Source of the DNA: Camelus ferus
Taxonomy: Eukaryota
Direction of reading: 5' to 3'
Assembly: GCF_009834535.1 (NCBI RefSeq)
Contig: NC_045696.1
Coordinates: 80,044,001-80,108,000, forward strand
DNA: 64,000 nucleotides
This document shows, piece by piece, positions 25,599 to 38,694 of this stretch. The position numbers and the translations under genes were made by a program. Positions within the stretch are counted from its first letter, which is position 1. Every line of letters starts with the position of its first letter. The notes beneath the pieces were generated by a model, which did no database searches, was not told the DNA's origin, and worked only from the letters and a program-made list of their open reading frames with translations.

Positions 25599-25822
25599 TC
25601 ACTAGTGAATAAAACAAAAAAAGAAGCAGACTCACATATACAGAAAACAAACTACCAATGATTACCAGTGGGGAGAGGGAAGCGGGGAAGGCAATGTAAA
25701 GGCGGAGGTGGGGGAAGGTTATTATGGGATTATGTGAAATCATGTGTGTAACTTTTGAAAATTGTAAAGCAGTATAGAATTTAAAGACTCCTTTATTCAA
25801 TAAGAAATTAATTATTTTTTAA
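25599..25822 (+). mobile_element. Short L1/HAL1-class 3' end insertion with TSD
   Basis: aaaagaagcagactcacatatacagaaaacaaac...ttcaataa, flanked by aaagctccagtgaa (25585-25598) and aaagcttcagtgaa (25823-25836). Confidence 0.8.
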
Positions 25823-26883
25823 AAAGCTTCAGTGAACTAGAGAACATGATCTTCTGAGTTGAGATTATGATCCCATACATATAAAAAGCACTTAACATTT
25901 TATATTGGAAGGTAACTTGCACACCCAGACTGGCTAAATGACTGACACAAAATGATCTACAAATTGGGGGTAAACACATAGATGAAAACCTGCTTGTCTT
26001 TCCACTCTACCTCTATGCCTCTTAGTATTTCTTATGAGAAAAAAGATCATTTCAAGAAAATTTTCCTCTTCAAATATTCAGAATCCTAACTGGAAATAAG
26101 GATAAACTAGTTTGAGGTTCTATAGCTAAGAAAATAAAGATTCCTTCAAAATTACTTGTAAATTTAGAAATAGGTGAAATATAATAATGGATTTTGATAA
26201 AATAAAAAATATAAACATTTGATAAACTGCATTTTTATTAACTTACATATCTTATATTTTGTCTATACTGTGCAATAAAAATCAAAAGTGAATGTATTTG
26301 TTTGAAAACATTGTGTAATTCAGATTGATCTTTTTATTACAATATGGAATAATATCCATTAATATGGATTGTTCTGAGAAGAAAACTGATCAATTTTGAC
26401 CAGGCACCACACAAGAAAAATAAATGGAAATAAAACTAAATTACTTTTAAGAGTTAAGTGAAACCTGCCCCAAAATTACTTTACTATGAGAGACTGATAC
26501 CTGGAAATCAGGGACCCCTCATCAAAGGAAAATTATTAAAAAGAGGATAGCATTTTCTTATATGGTTTCAGCATTTATCTGACCACGTATGAAAAGAGAA
26601 ATGAATGAAGTGATTTCTAAGTCCCTTCCACCTTCATAGTTTTTCAAAAAAATCAAAGCAAACCAAATATACATAACCCAAGAGGAAAAACAGTAGGAAA
26701 AAAAAAAATAGTACTAGCAACTACATGTCTCTATAGAAAAGACTTCATAAGGTCTAAATTCCTTGTTTTCAGATTAATCAAAATCAAAAAACAGGCAAAC
26801 AACAAACATTAATAAGGTACTAGAGCCAAGGGAAAATGATTCAAGGGAATAAATGAAAGAATAAGAAAATTTTTAAATATATA

Positions 26884-26942
26884 TTTTTATTGAAGTATAG
26901 TCGGTTTACAATATTGTGTCAATTTCTGGTGTACAGCATAAT
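26884..26942 (-). mobile_element. Very short L1 3' terminal fragment, same orientation as ECT2
   Basis: Near reverse complement of the L1 end at 7370-7420 (tgctgtacaccagaaattgacaca...actatacttcaataaaa). Confidence 0.75.
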
Positions 26943-27054
26943 GAAGAAATTTTAAATGTGAAACTTAATTAGCTAACCAGAAGTATCTGAAAAATCATAA
27001 TAAATATACACAATCAAAAAAGAATTACCACCAACATAACATATACAAATTTAC

Positions 27055-27174
27055 CTTTATCTTAGTGTGCACATCAAAGATATCTGGAATACTACCAAAA
27101 ATAGTCTTAATCTCTTCTGGTGCAAGGATAGGTCCACCACGTTGTCCTTCCTCTTCCAATGGTACTTGAAATAA
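27055..27174 (-). CDS. ECT2: ECT2 exon 14 (LFQVPLEEEGQRGGPILAPEEIKTIFGSIPDIFDVHTKIK)
   Basis: 120 nt, tag acceptor, GTAAA donor, phase 0/0. Confidence 0.96.
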
Positions 27175-27679
27175 CTAGAAAGTTAAAAGAAAAAAAAAAA
27201 AAAAAAAGACTAGTTTAGGTAGATTGTGGAAAATGAAAAAAAATCTTTTAAATCTAACAGACAGTGATAAAGGAGATAAGATTTAATGAAAAAGAAAAGA
27301 GTAATTAAAAAAAATACTTCTCCCTAAATTTGAAATCTTTTCTCATAACATTTTCTATTCTATTTTATCCTACTTATCTATATATCTGTGTATGTATGTA
27401 TATACTCTTATAATAAAATGTTATGTTAGAATCTAAAAAGTTTATCACACAGTTCTAGAAATCATTAAAATTGTTAGTATGATACAGAGTAATTTCTATT
27501 TTTTTATTCAAGTCACTAAGGAAGAAAGCAATAAATTATTTCCAGACATATACTTCATACAAGTAACATATTTTGAAATGGTGGCCAAAAAAGTTGGCTT
27601 AGAGGAAAGAGACTGGATTTGAAACCAGAAGATCTGTTTGTATCTATGTTGCTACTTGCATTAATCTTAAAAAAATAAA

Positions 27680-29450
27680 AGGGAAAAAACCTCCTACAAC
27701 TAGTAAGTGAATTTAGCAAGGTCAAAGGATACCAAGTCAGCACCCACATGCATGCATGCACACACACATGCATGCACACTGCAAAAATTGTATTTCTATG
27801 TACCAGTAATGTACAAATTGAAACCAAAATCTATAAGCAGTATCATTTACAATAAAAATTAAAATACTTAAGCATAAATATAATAAATCACGTACATGAT
27901 GCTGAAAACTACAGAATGTTCATGAAAGAAATCAAAGAAGACCTAAATAAATAAGACATATGGTCATGGACTGCCAACACAGTAAAAATGTCAATTCTCC
28001 CCCCAAAACAGACTTATGAATCTACCCCAATGTCTATGAAAAATGCCATGACTTTTTGTAGATTAAAGAAAACCTTATTCTAAAAATTGATGTAGAAAGG
28101 CAAAGAACTTCTTACTATAAAGCTGCAGTACTCAAGACTGTGTTGTACTGGTAAAGAGAGAAACATTCAAGACCAACAGAACAGAATAGAGTCTAGAAAC
28201 AAACCCATGCAAATATGGCCAAGTAATTTTTGACAAAGGTGCAAAAGCAATCCAGTGGAAAATGGCCAGCTATCCAACAAATAGCACTAAAACACCACCT
28301 GCCATTGGCAAAAAAATGAACCTCAGCCTAAATATAACCCTTATACAAAAATTAACTCAAAATGGATCACAGATCTAAAGGAAAAACCTAAAACTATGAA
28401 ATATTTAGAAAACCTAGGAGAAAATCTTGTGACTTGGGTAAAGAGTGTTTAAATATGAAATCAAAAGCATGATGTATAAGACAAAAAAATGATAAAAATG
28501 TGTTTAATTTTGATGAATTTATCAGAAGACATGAGAATACAGGCTATAGACTAGGAAAAAATATTTGCAAATCACCTATCTGACAAAGGACTAGTATCTA
28601 AAATATATAAAGAATTCTCAAAACTCAGGAAAGAAACAACCCAATTAAAAATAGGCAAAATCTTGAATAGTTATTTCAATAAAAAAGATACACAAATGTC
28701 AAATAAGGACAAGGATAGATAGTCAATATCATTAGTCATTTTGGAAATGTAAATTAAAGCCACATTGATACAACTACCTACCTATTTGAAAGGCTAAAAA
28801 TATTGCTAAGCAATGGTGAGGACATGAGCAGCTGGAACTCTCACATATTGCTGGTGGAAGTGCAAAATTGTATAGCCCCTTTGGAAAAAGGTTGGGCAGT
28901 TTCTTTTAAAGTCAAACATATGTACCATATGATCCAACAATCCTACTCCTAGGTGTTTACCCAAGAGAAATGCAAACATATGCACCTAAAACTTGTACAC
29001 AAATGTTGGTAACAGCTCTATTCATAACCACTCAAACGGGAAACAACTCAAATATCCTTTAATAAGTGAATAGATAACTGTGGTACATCCATACAATGGC
29101 ATACTACTCAGCAATAAAAAGGATCAAACTACTGATACATACAAGTTAGATGAAACTCAAAGGCTGAAAGAAGCCAGGCTTAGTAGGTTATATACTATAT
29201 GATTCCATTTATATGACATTTTCAAAGACAAAATTACAGCGATGGAGAAGAGATCATTGGTTACCAGGAGTTGGAAGGAGAAAAGGGTGTGACATAAAAA
29301 AAAACAGTACCAGGAGTTTTTTGGGGAGATGGAAATGTTTTATATCCTGATTGTAGTGGTGGTTATACAAATTTTCACATGTGTTAAAATTCACATAAAT
29401 GTACATCAAAGAAAAAGACAAGTAAAAACTGTATAATTTAAGATAAAAAT
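27680..29450 (+). mobile_element. Old L1M ORF2 3' half and 3' UTR
   Basis: aaacctcctacaactagtaagtgaatttagcaaggtc, ttttgacaaaggtgcaaaagcaat, atatttgcaaatcacctatctgacaaaggactagtatc. Confidence 0.85.
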
Positions 29451-30629
29451 TTCACTTAAATTTTAAATAGCTAATTGACTATTTGACTAAAGTTATTTGA
29501 CTAAAGTAAAAATAATAATGTACTATTGGGTTCTTAACATATACAGAAGTAAAACGAGTAACAATAGCACAAAGGACAAGAGGGAATGAATGGAAGAGGA
29601 AAAAAAGAAAAAGATAAAAAAATTACATTATAAATAGTAAGAAACTATGTTAAGATTATGAACTGTTCCTATTTTTAAGAACGACTACAATTCTAGACTT
29701 GTTTATCTCCATCCATCCCAAAATACATATATATTTAGGCCTTCCATTTCTTCAAGTATAGTGAACTTAACCTGCTGAAAACAATTAAAATACTGAAGAA
29801 AAACCTCATTCTAAGTACAACAACAAGGTGACAAGAAAGTAAGGTCAAAATCTAAGTCAAAGTAAAGTAGAGTACTAAAACCAACTTTTGTCCCAAAGAC
29901 ATTTGCCTAAACCAATATAAGCTAATTTTCACCTACAAAAGCCTCAAAGGGTAAGAAGACCAACACAAAAGCTAGTTTTCAACATACTAACAACTTGCAG
30001 TAAACTTAAAAGTGTGTTTAACCTATGACCCAGAAATTCCAGGATTTTGCCCAGAATATTTTCTTAAGGAGCAATGAATAAGAATATTCACAGCAGCACT
30101 ACTTTAGTAATAGTTTAAAAAAAAAACAGAACAAAAGAAAACAAAAAAAACCAGCAACAAAACACTAAAACTTAAATTCAATGTCTATTAAAAATAAGTT
30201 AAATAAGCTGATATATTCATAAAGGAAAATGAATTACTGCTATGCGCAATGACACAGATGCATCCCAAGAACATTTCTATTAAGCAAAAAAGCAACACTA
30301 GAAAATATATAAATACTGTTACATTTACATAGTTTGATTTCCTACACATGTGATAGATCTATAAAAAGAATGATAAGCACAAAACGCTAGATAATAATAA
30401 TATCTGAGGAGGGGTAAAGGAATGCGAATGGGAAAAAACACAACAGAGATTTCAAAGATATCTGGAACCATTTATAAGCATTCGTTTATCTAGTCAACAT
30501 TTGAAAATCCTAAAATCCTAAACAAAATATTCAGACAACCAAAATACATCAAGATTCATTAAAACCTCTCAGCAGTCTGAAGACACACTATCTAAACAGT
30601 TCTACTATGTTTGCTTTAATTTCCGAAAT

Positions 30630-31435
30630 AAAATTAGCCAGAAACTATTGATTCTACCTTTCCAACATTTCTGAAATCTATCCTCTTTTCATTTCCACTG
30701 AGACTATCCTAAGAAGTTCAGGTTTTCAAAATCCCAAACCAAGACTGCTGAAATAACATCCAAATTAACCTCCTTGCCTCCACAATTTCCCCTTCCTCAA
30801 TATCTCCTTCAGTGTGCCAAGTGACTTTCTAAAATACAAGTCACACAGCATCTTTCCCTTCCCATCAAAAATTCTTCTATAGTTACACAGCACACTGTAC
30901 AAAGGCCTTCTCCAGTCTAACACAGGCAGTCTTATCTCAACTCTCACCGTATCCGTACCTCAACCCCTCGCCTTGTCTCCTTAACTCACCCACCCAAAAG
31001 TCTAATCCCCCTAGACTACCCTGTAATACCTTAAATGATACGTATCTTCCATTGTTTGTATTGTTGGAACAATCTCAAACACACTTCCCACTCATATTCT
31101 TTGCATGCACTGATCATAATCATGCTTTAAAACTCACTTCAATTTTTACCTTCTTTTTCCGTGATACTTTTTCCAGTGTTCAACCCACTGAAAATTCTAG
31201 CCCAACACCTTGCCTAAGCTGGAAGAAAAGTAAAATTCTCACCATACAAATCTCCAAATATCTTAACTAAACCTCCCTCGTGATACTCCTAACTTTCCAC
31301 TTCGTATTAATGTTTAAGTGTGTATGTTTTATCTCCTCTTCCAGTCTAAGCTCCTTTAAAATGTGAATCCTCTTTAACACCTGGAATAATACTTTATATT
31401 AGTAGGCACCTAAGTACTATATAGAATAAATGAAG
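30630..31435 (+). mobile_element. Degenerate L2 fragment
   Basis: attctacctttccaacatttct..., gtgactttctaaaatacaagtc, ends taggcacctaagtac...gaataaatgaa. Confidence 0.55.
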
Positions 31436-32922
31436 TCACTACTGAATATTGTCTTAATTTGGGAGCTAAGTTAAAATCAAATTATTTCAAGTCAAAAAAG
31501 AAAAAAAAAAGGACACATTAGCCCTAAAGAAAACACTATCATGAATTTAGACCAAAATATTTTTTTAATAAAGATTAGGTATTTTGAATTTATTTACAAA
31601 ATAGACCATAATATTTTAAGTAAACTTAGGTGAGTTTTTACTATGCACAGTGGTATGAAACTTTGTCTACAGTGTAATAATTACAAGTGCTTTTTAAAAA
31701 GAAGTTTTAGTGAATTTAATTGATATGCAAATTAAAATTTGAAAACTCCAATGCATTAGCATGGCCTACAAGGATTTTCATTTCTAGGTAATAAATGCTA
31801 CCAAAGTACATGAACAGTATATGCCAAGGCGATTTTCTGCTACTCAGCCACATTTTGGCTGACTATAAAAACTTCAACAAGAAACTCTTGTAGGATGATT
31901 CCCCTTGAGGAAGAAGAGCAGAGCTGACTTAAAACAAGTAAAGTTTAATACAGCAGAGGGCCTCATAAAACCTTGACTACTGCTAAACAAATTAACTGTG
32001 AAGAATAACCTCTCCGTGACTACCAAGAAAGAAGTCTTTCCATTTCTTATTCATGTATTTTATCAATGGTACAAGCAACTAAAGGCTATTACATTGGACC
32101 CTAATGAGTTATATTAAGAATTCAAAAAGAGGTCAGTTAAAAATTAAACCCCAATCAGATCTCCCAATCCTTTTTCTATTCAAAAACAAGCTTGGTGGTA
32201 TCAACTTTATTTTCCTGACAAACTATCTCCTTCATTACCTAGAACAATTTATTCCTTCTTCCTACAAATTCCAAAATAATGCTCCTATTATTACTGTCTT
32301 TCAGAACCTTGAATTTTGATATATTCCTTATTATCTTCTTCAATCTTATCCTACAAGGATTCACTAGAATTGTTTTTCCTCAGACTTAACTTTTCATAGT
32401 ACATTTTAATATTAGTAAGCAATGAATGAACATTTATGACTACTGCATACTTTAAGAAAACTTGACACATGAAAGGATTACTAAAAAAAAATTACTGACA
32501 TCCATGTTGTTATGCTTCATTGCTACTTGCTTTTTCACGTATATACAGTACTAACTCTAGAACTCTAGACTCTGGAACACATACTTTCATGAAAAGTTAT
32601 CTACCACTTTCATATATAAATGCAGTATCTTGATATGAAACATGCAAAATTCTGAATTAAACTCAGTCCCCTCTAAGATCTTTTACTGAGGATCTTTCTC
32701 TCTTTAAAGTCACTATTTAAAAAATCATGCTATTTCTGCATGAATAAAAGCTACTATTACTATTATGGTATTTTCCTAACAGCAGTTTTTATTATACATT
32801 TTCATTTTTAATATCTATGTTCCATTTCTATGCTTATATAATTTTCTTATTAAAAAAAAAACACCTCAGATTTTTTACTTATGAACTCTGGAAAACAGAT
32901 CATTTTGCAACCGAAGTCTTAC

Positions 32923-33059
32923 CTGAATAATTGTAGCCAATATATTTACATAATTACTTTCAGTCTGATAGAGCTCTTTTGCAACTTGCCACCTGGCTGA
33001 CTGCTTTGAAGGAACTGGAGTGGAATTTTTAGAAGACTTAGTACAAGACTTTGGTGTTT
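32923..33059 (-). CDS. ECT2: ECT2 exon 13 (TPKSCTKSSKNSTPVPSKQSARWQVAKELYQTESNYVNILATIIQ), start of DH domain
   Basis: 137 nt, tag acceptor, GTAAG donor, phase 1/0. Confidence 0.96.
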
Positions 33060-33465
33060 CTAAAAGATAAAAAGGAAGAAAGATTTAAAATGGAAGTCAG
33101 GTATAACACTACAGGTTTAACAGAAAAAAGGGAAGGATATCTACTCTTACAAATATATCATCATACAAATTTTTATTAAAGTAGAACTTCCTCACAGAAA
33201 AGGCCAGAAAAAAATGATAATCATGTACTCTTCAAAAATGCCACAGTCATTAAAAACGAAGAAAGACTGAAGAAAGAAGTGTTTCAGGTAAGAGACTAGA
33301 GAGAGATAACATAACAGTGTGTGATGCTGAATTGCACTCAAGGCCAGAAAAAAGAACTTTTTTCTTTTACTAAAAAGCACAATAGACATCATAGAAAAAT
33401 CTTTAAGCTAAAAAAGGAGGGAAAGTTGTTATGATTACACAATTACAATAATGGAAAATTTTTCA

Positions 33466-33513
33466 TATATATATATAGAGAGAGAGAGAGACAGGGAGAG
33501 AGGGGGAGAGAGA
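33466..33513 (+). repeat. Compound (TA)n(GA)n microsatellite
   Basis: atatatatatatagagagagagagagacagggagagagggggagagagagg read directly. Confidence 0.85.
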
Positions 33514-34899
33514 GGCTCCCTCAAAACAAAAAGACAAAAGAAAAAAAAAAACCCAAAACAAACATTACCTGCAAATTCTCTATTAGTTCTAAGTATCTTT
33601 ATAGAAAACACCCAGTCTAATCCAAAGTGCAGGGAGGATGTATTAGTATATTTATATGTATTTCAAGAAAAAAATTTTAAATGAAATTTCATAACAGCTT
33701 AAAATACATTTCCTTACTAACAATTAGGTAAGAATACCTCATACCTAATAGCAAGTTTCTCAATAGAAAAAGGAATGTATAACATACAATAGAATGACAT
33801 GAAAAAAGATAATATATAGTCCCAGCATATCAGTTTTACTCAGTGACAAATAAGCTTAAGCATTAGTAAAACAACCACGTGTACTGTAGAGTTTTGAATG
33901 TTTTAAAAAGAAATAAGACTTCAAAGAATTTCCCACACACCGCACATTATTTCAGGCTACTTTCACCAGACCCAGGAGTCTTTGCCATTACAGGATACGT
34001 TAGGGGAAAAAACTGACTTAAACTGATCTAATTAAATTATTAATTATTATCTAGGCAGTGATCTACAAACTGGGAATTCTACCATACAGAATATCTCATG
34101 TATGAGTATAGTTGTCATGTCTGTTTTCTTTAGTGATTCATTTTCTTCTCTCCCCTCAACTTCACATCCAAGCTTTGTCCTTTATGATCATGACCTCTTA
34201 CCATCTCATGCCCATTATCTCCATCATGATCACAAAACATGTAAATTCTCAGATCTACTATTTAATCATAACCCCCCACCCAAGCAGCTGGTTCAGCTTT
34301 TCCTAATGCCTACTGGACATTTCTGCCTCAATTTAACCTGGATTTTCTCTAAAACTGTACTATCTTCCTCCAAAATATAAACTTTCTATTTTTGCTAAGG
34401 TAGCATTTCCTCTATTTAATACTTTGCCATCATCTCCTCTTATTCCCTTTCTATCACTCCGTTCTATCAGTATTTCCCCAGTGCTTCTTACTTTTCTTTC
34501 CAAACATCATCAACCCAGGTCTAGGGCCTTATTACCTTGTGGACAAAGCCACTATAGAGTACTTCATGGTCAGGCTATTTCTAAACTGCCTTACTTCTAA
34601 TCATTCTTCAGAATTAATACAGTACAAATTACTTAATGAATTATACTGCTGCTCTAGTTTCTGAAGTTCCTTGCTGATGACAATATACAGTTCAGATATG
34701 CCAGTATGATTTCAAAGCCCTCTAATATTACTCCCCAATTAACTGTTCTAATTTGACTATTACTGTCCCACCATAGTTCAAGCAAACTGACCTACTCACT
34801 ATTCCCTAACAACTCAATCTGTGTACTGTTATCTGTATTCTTGCTCCTCTTATCATCTCAAATCCACCTCAGCTTTCTGGGCCTACCTTAAATGGACTT

Positions 34900-36050
34900 T
34901 CAACTCCTTCCATGAATATTTAATGAGTACCTACTCTATACTAGGCACTGGGGATAAAGCAGAGATAACACAGACAATGCTCCTGTTCTCTTCAAGCTTA
35001 CATTCTGATGAAGCAAATAAAATAAATGAGTAAACAAACCATTTCTAACATTGATAACTACTACTGAAGACAACCACCAGGTAATGGGTTGGTAGGAAAG
35101 AGTGGTGGGTCAGGGACTTGACTTTACAGAGAACCCATAAGATTTCTTTAAGACAGAGAGAGCAAGTATAAGGTTCTGTAGAAGAAAAACGTGAAGAGCA
35201 ACAAAGATACTGTGGTTGACACTCGGAGAGTGTTACTGGAGGACAACATCACATGAGGTTAGCAGTAGTTGAGGAAGAATTACATAGGAACTTGAAAGCT
35301 ATGGTAATACAAAGCCACTGAATGACTTTATGCAGAGGAACATCATGAACTAATTTATATGTTTTTAGAGACCTCTCTAAGTGCCGCACGTAGAAAGGCA
35401 AAAATGAATACAGGGAGACCATTTACGGGACCATTACAATTGTCTAAGAGATTCTTTTTACAGAAAAGCCTGATTAAGGAAGAGTGGCAAAGGAATAGAG
35501 TTGGGAGTGATAGAAACAAGAGTTTTAATTTGATTATCTTAAGTTTAGGATGTGTATTAGACATGAACAAGGAGGTGTCAAGTATAAAGTTGGACAGGGA
35601 AAACCTCAAATTTGGGAGTCATCTATGTATACAGAAGCCACGGAATCATAAGAGATCGTATAGGAAGAATTCAATAGAGAAGAAATGACTCAGAAGTAAC
35701 ATTCCACATTTACAGCTGGAGAGAGAAGTTAGGTCAAGGAGAATGAGAAATGAGTAATGTACAAAAGCCAAAATAAAAAAATGTGTCCAAGAAAGAATAA
35801 CTAGCTGCTCATGTTGAATGCTGTTTTTGCATAAAAACTGTCAGTCTCCCCAGCAAGAGCAATTTCATGTAGTAGGGGCTAAAGTTCAACTGGAATAGAT
35901 TGAAAGGAAAATGAAAAACAAGGAAATGAGACAATGGATCAAGGTAATTCTTTGAAGAGTACTTATGTGAAAGGGAAGAGAGAAATGGGATAACAAGTGG
36001 AGAGCGTCATGGGGTCAAGGGAAGGCTCTGATTGTTTCATAAACTAGACA
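34900..36050 (-). mobile_element. Degenerate L2 fragments
   Basis: atatttaatgagtacctactctatactaggcactgggga; purine-rich L2-like body (aggaggtgtcaagtataaagttgga, gttgaatgctg). Confidence 0.55.
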
Positions 36051-36239
36051 ACACAACGTATGTGTATGCAGAATGAAAAACAAAAATAGAGGGAAAATTG
36101 ATGATCAAGGGAGAAGAGTTAATTGTAGGTGCCTTCCTGTATCAGCTGAGAAAGTAAATTCACCTTCCTCCGACTTCATTATACCGATTTTTTTTTCCAT
36201 AACTCATGACATCTGTGATTCTTTTGTATCAAGAATTTG

Positions 36240-36400
36240 CTCTTTGAATAGCTCTACCACTTTCTAGATGTGTGACCCTAGAGAAGTTTTACTTCTCTAA
36301 CCTCAGTCTAGTCATCTGTAAAATAGAGGCAATAAAACCTATCTTACAAATACACAAAATATGTAAACACTTAGCATATAGCAAGCAATCATTAAATGGA
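36240..36400 (+). mobile_element. MIR SINE
   Basis: tgtgtgaccctagagaagttttacttctctaacctcagtctagtcatctgtaaaatagagg...atgtaaacacttagcata. Confidence 0.7.
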
Positions 36401-36546
36401 AACATTTTCATGTGCCTTTTCTCCTCAGCTAGAACAAAGGTGATTAAAAACAGTCTTATATTCACTGCAGTAGGGATTTATCAATATTCTAGTGCATATT
36501 CCATTCCATTAAATTCTAAAGATCAATTTTTTAAAATGTGAATTAC

Positions 36547-36769
36547 CTCCATAATTAATGCTAGATTCTGGCGTGTTGGAGATATCTAGAAGTGACCCTA
36601 TAGAAAGGGAATGTTCAGCTGACGGGCGCTTACAGGGAGGAAAAGGTGATATGTCTGTATCTCTTGAAAGTTGAGCAAGTGTCTCTTTTAAACGACGTCT
36701 TTTGCGATTGCTGTTTGGGGTATTTAGAGAAAGCAGTGACACTGATTTCTTTAGCTCAGGTGTATTAGC
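36547..36769 (-). CDS. ECT2: ECT2 exon 12 (ANTPELKKSVSLLSLNTPNSNRKRRRLKETLAQLSRDTDISPFPPCKRPSAEHSLSIGSLLDISNTPESSINYG), S-loop with NLS
   Basis: 223 nt, cag acceptor, GTAAT donor, phase 0/1. Confidence 0.96.
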
Positions 36770-38140
36770 CTGCAATCAAAAGCACAAAAGCTCAATTTAA
36801 CTTCCGTGGTTCTTTACTGAGACAGGGACAAAAGAAAAATATATTTATGAGTCTAACAAAATCTGAATTTTGCACAGTAATTTTACAACTATATATTCTT
36901 CCAGGTAATTCAGAAGCTTCATAAAATATAACAGACAAAAGACCATTGTAACTGTCTAACCCCAAACACCTAATTATTTTTCTCCATAGCACTTTTACCA
37001 TTACATATTCATCTATAAGCTTGTTTACTGTCTACTCCCCATTAGGCCATAAACTCTAGGAGGGCAGGGACCATTAATATTTTGTTCACTATATCCGTGG
37101 CATTTAGCACTATGCCTGGACATAATGCTCTCCAGTACTGTTCAAACACCACTTGATTTTAAGAGCACCCTCCTGAACTCTAAGGCATATTTTTAAAATT
37201 TTATGTTAAGAACTTTACATTGAGGATGAAAGAGTCCAAAGAGTACACAACAGAGTACATATTAAGACTTCATAAAACACAGTAAATCCACACTTCGCCT
37301 TCAGTGTTCCATTCAAAATTATTAAATCCCAAACTGAAGTAAATCTTCCCTTAAAGACAGCTGCTTCTATACTTTGATGTCACATTTTGGTTAATGATAC
37401 CACTCTTCACCAAGATCCAGCATGAAGGCTCGATTTTCCTTGTTTATATTCCTTCTACTACAATCATTTTTTGCAATGACACCCCCCCTTAATATTCTTC
37501 AATGGCTTCCAAAACTTACAGGATAAATCCAAATTCTTCTAACATATTAGAAGATTGATTCTGCCTACCTAGTCAGCTTTATCTATTGGCCTTCTTTCCC
37601 ATACTCTTTTCTAAAGCCATACTAAACTACTTGCAATTTTAGTGTACTTTCAACCTTTCATGCCCTCTCTCACTTGCTCTTCAACTTGAATGCCTTTACC
37701 AGGTTAGCCTAGGAAGTTGGCTCAACTTCCACATTTATTTGCTCTTTCCAATTCTGCCTGAGTCCCTCATAGTGAAACTAAGTTACAACACATACATTAC
37801 TTAGTTATAGCACATTTCACCCTGCACTGTTAACTGTTTGCATATCTCTCTTTCCTATAAGGTCCTAAGTGTTTGAAGACGGAGATGTAATTATTCTTAA
37901 TGGTTTCACCAAGAATTAGCACAGAATGACATACATTAGATTAAAATAATATTCAATACATTAAATCTCTATAGACTAAGACTATTACTCAGTATCCAAG
38001 TGTTTAATTATTCTGAACCTCCTAAACATGACATAAAAGATGATCCATATGCTATTTAAACTATGCTCTTTTAGGACAGAAAGTGTCATCTTTATACAAG
38101 TAAGTTCACAAAACAAGTGACTAAGAGACAAAAAGCATAC

Positions 38141-38203
38141 CTTTTCATATAAATACATAGTTTCTCCAGCTCGGGCATCCATTTGAATGCTTCCCCAGAA
38201 CCA
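38141..38203 (-). CDS. ECT2: ECT2 exon 11 (WFWGSIQMDARAGETMYLYEK)
   Basis: 63 nt, tag acceptor, GTATG donor, phase 0/0. Confidence 0.96.
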
Positions 38204-38303
38204 CTAGAGGAAAGAAAAGAATATTTCAATTAAAAATTTACCTCATCAGAAAAACAATTAGTAATATTTTTTTAAAAAACAATCTCATTCTAGAATTACT
38301 CGC

Positions 38304-38419
38304 CTCTTGCTTGACAACATAAAGCTTCTTCAAAGGTTCAAATGGAAGTTCTTTTACTATACTCTCTTCAACTATAAGATGAGTGCATCTTTCATCTCCA
38401 ACTGGTAAATGCTTACCTC
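38304..38419 (-). CDS. ECT2: ECT2 exon 10 (GKHLPVGDERCTHLIVEESIVKELPFEPLKKLYVVKQE), BRCT2; ends at a GC donor
   Basis: 116 nt, tag acceptor; the donor must be GAG|GCGAGT to keep the frame and protein match. Confidence 0.93.
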
Positions 38420-38563
38420 CTAAAGAGGAATGAACAGAAGCATAAGTAAGCCCAACTATTTATCTCCAGGCTCAAATTTTTAAAGAGGCATATTCAGCAG
38501 GAAGTAATCAAGCAGGAGTGGGGAACAAAATATATATAACCTTTAAATTATGCTAAATTCTAC

Positions 38564-38694
38564 CTTGCATTTCAGTCATTTCTTCCATATTGGTTTTCTC
38601 TTCATCTGAAAATCCCAAGAAACTTAAAATACAATCTTGAAACGGAGGAACTTTAAATTCATTTCTAAAGTCATCAACTGATGCACAGAAATCC
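38564..38694 (-). CDS. ECT2: ECT2 exon 9 (DFCASVDDFRNEFKVPPFQDCILSFLGFSDEEKTNMEEMTEMQ)
   Basis: 131 nt, tag acceptor, GTAG donor, phase 2/1. Confidence 0.96.
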
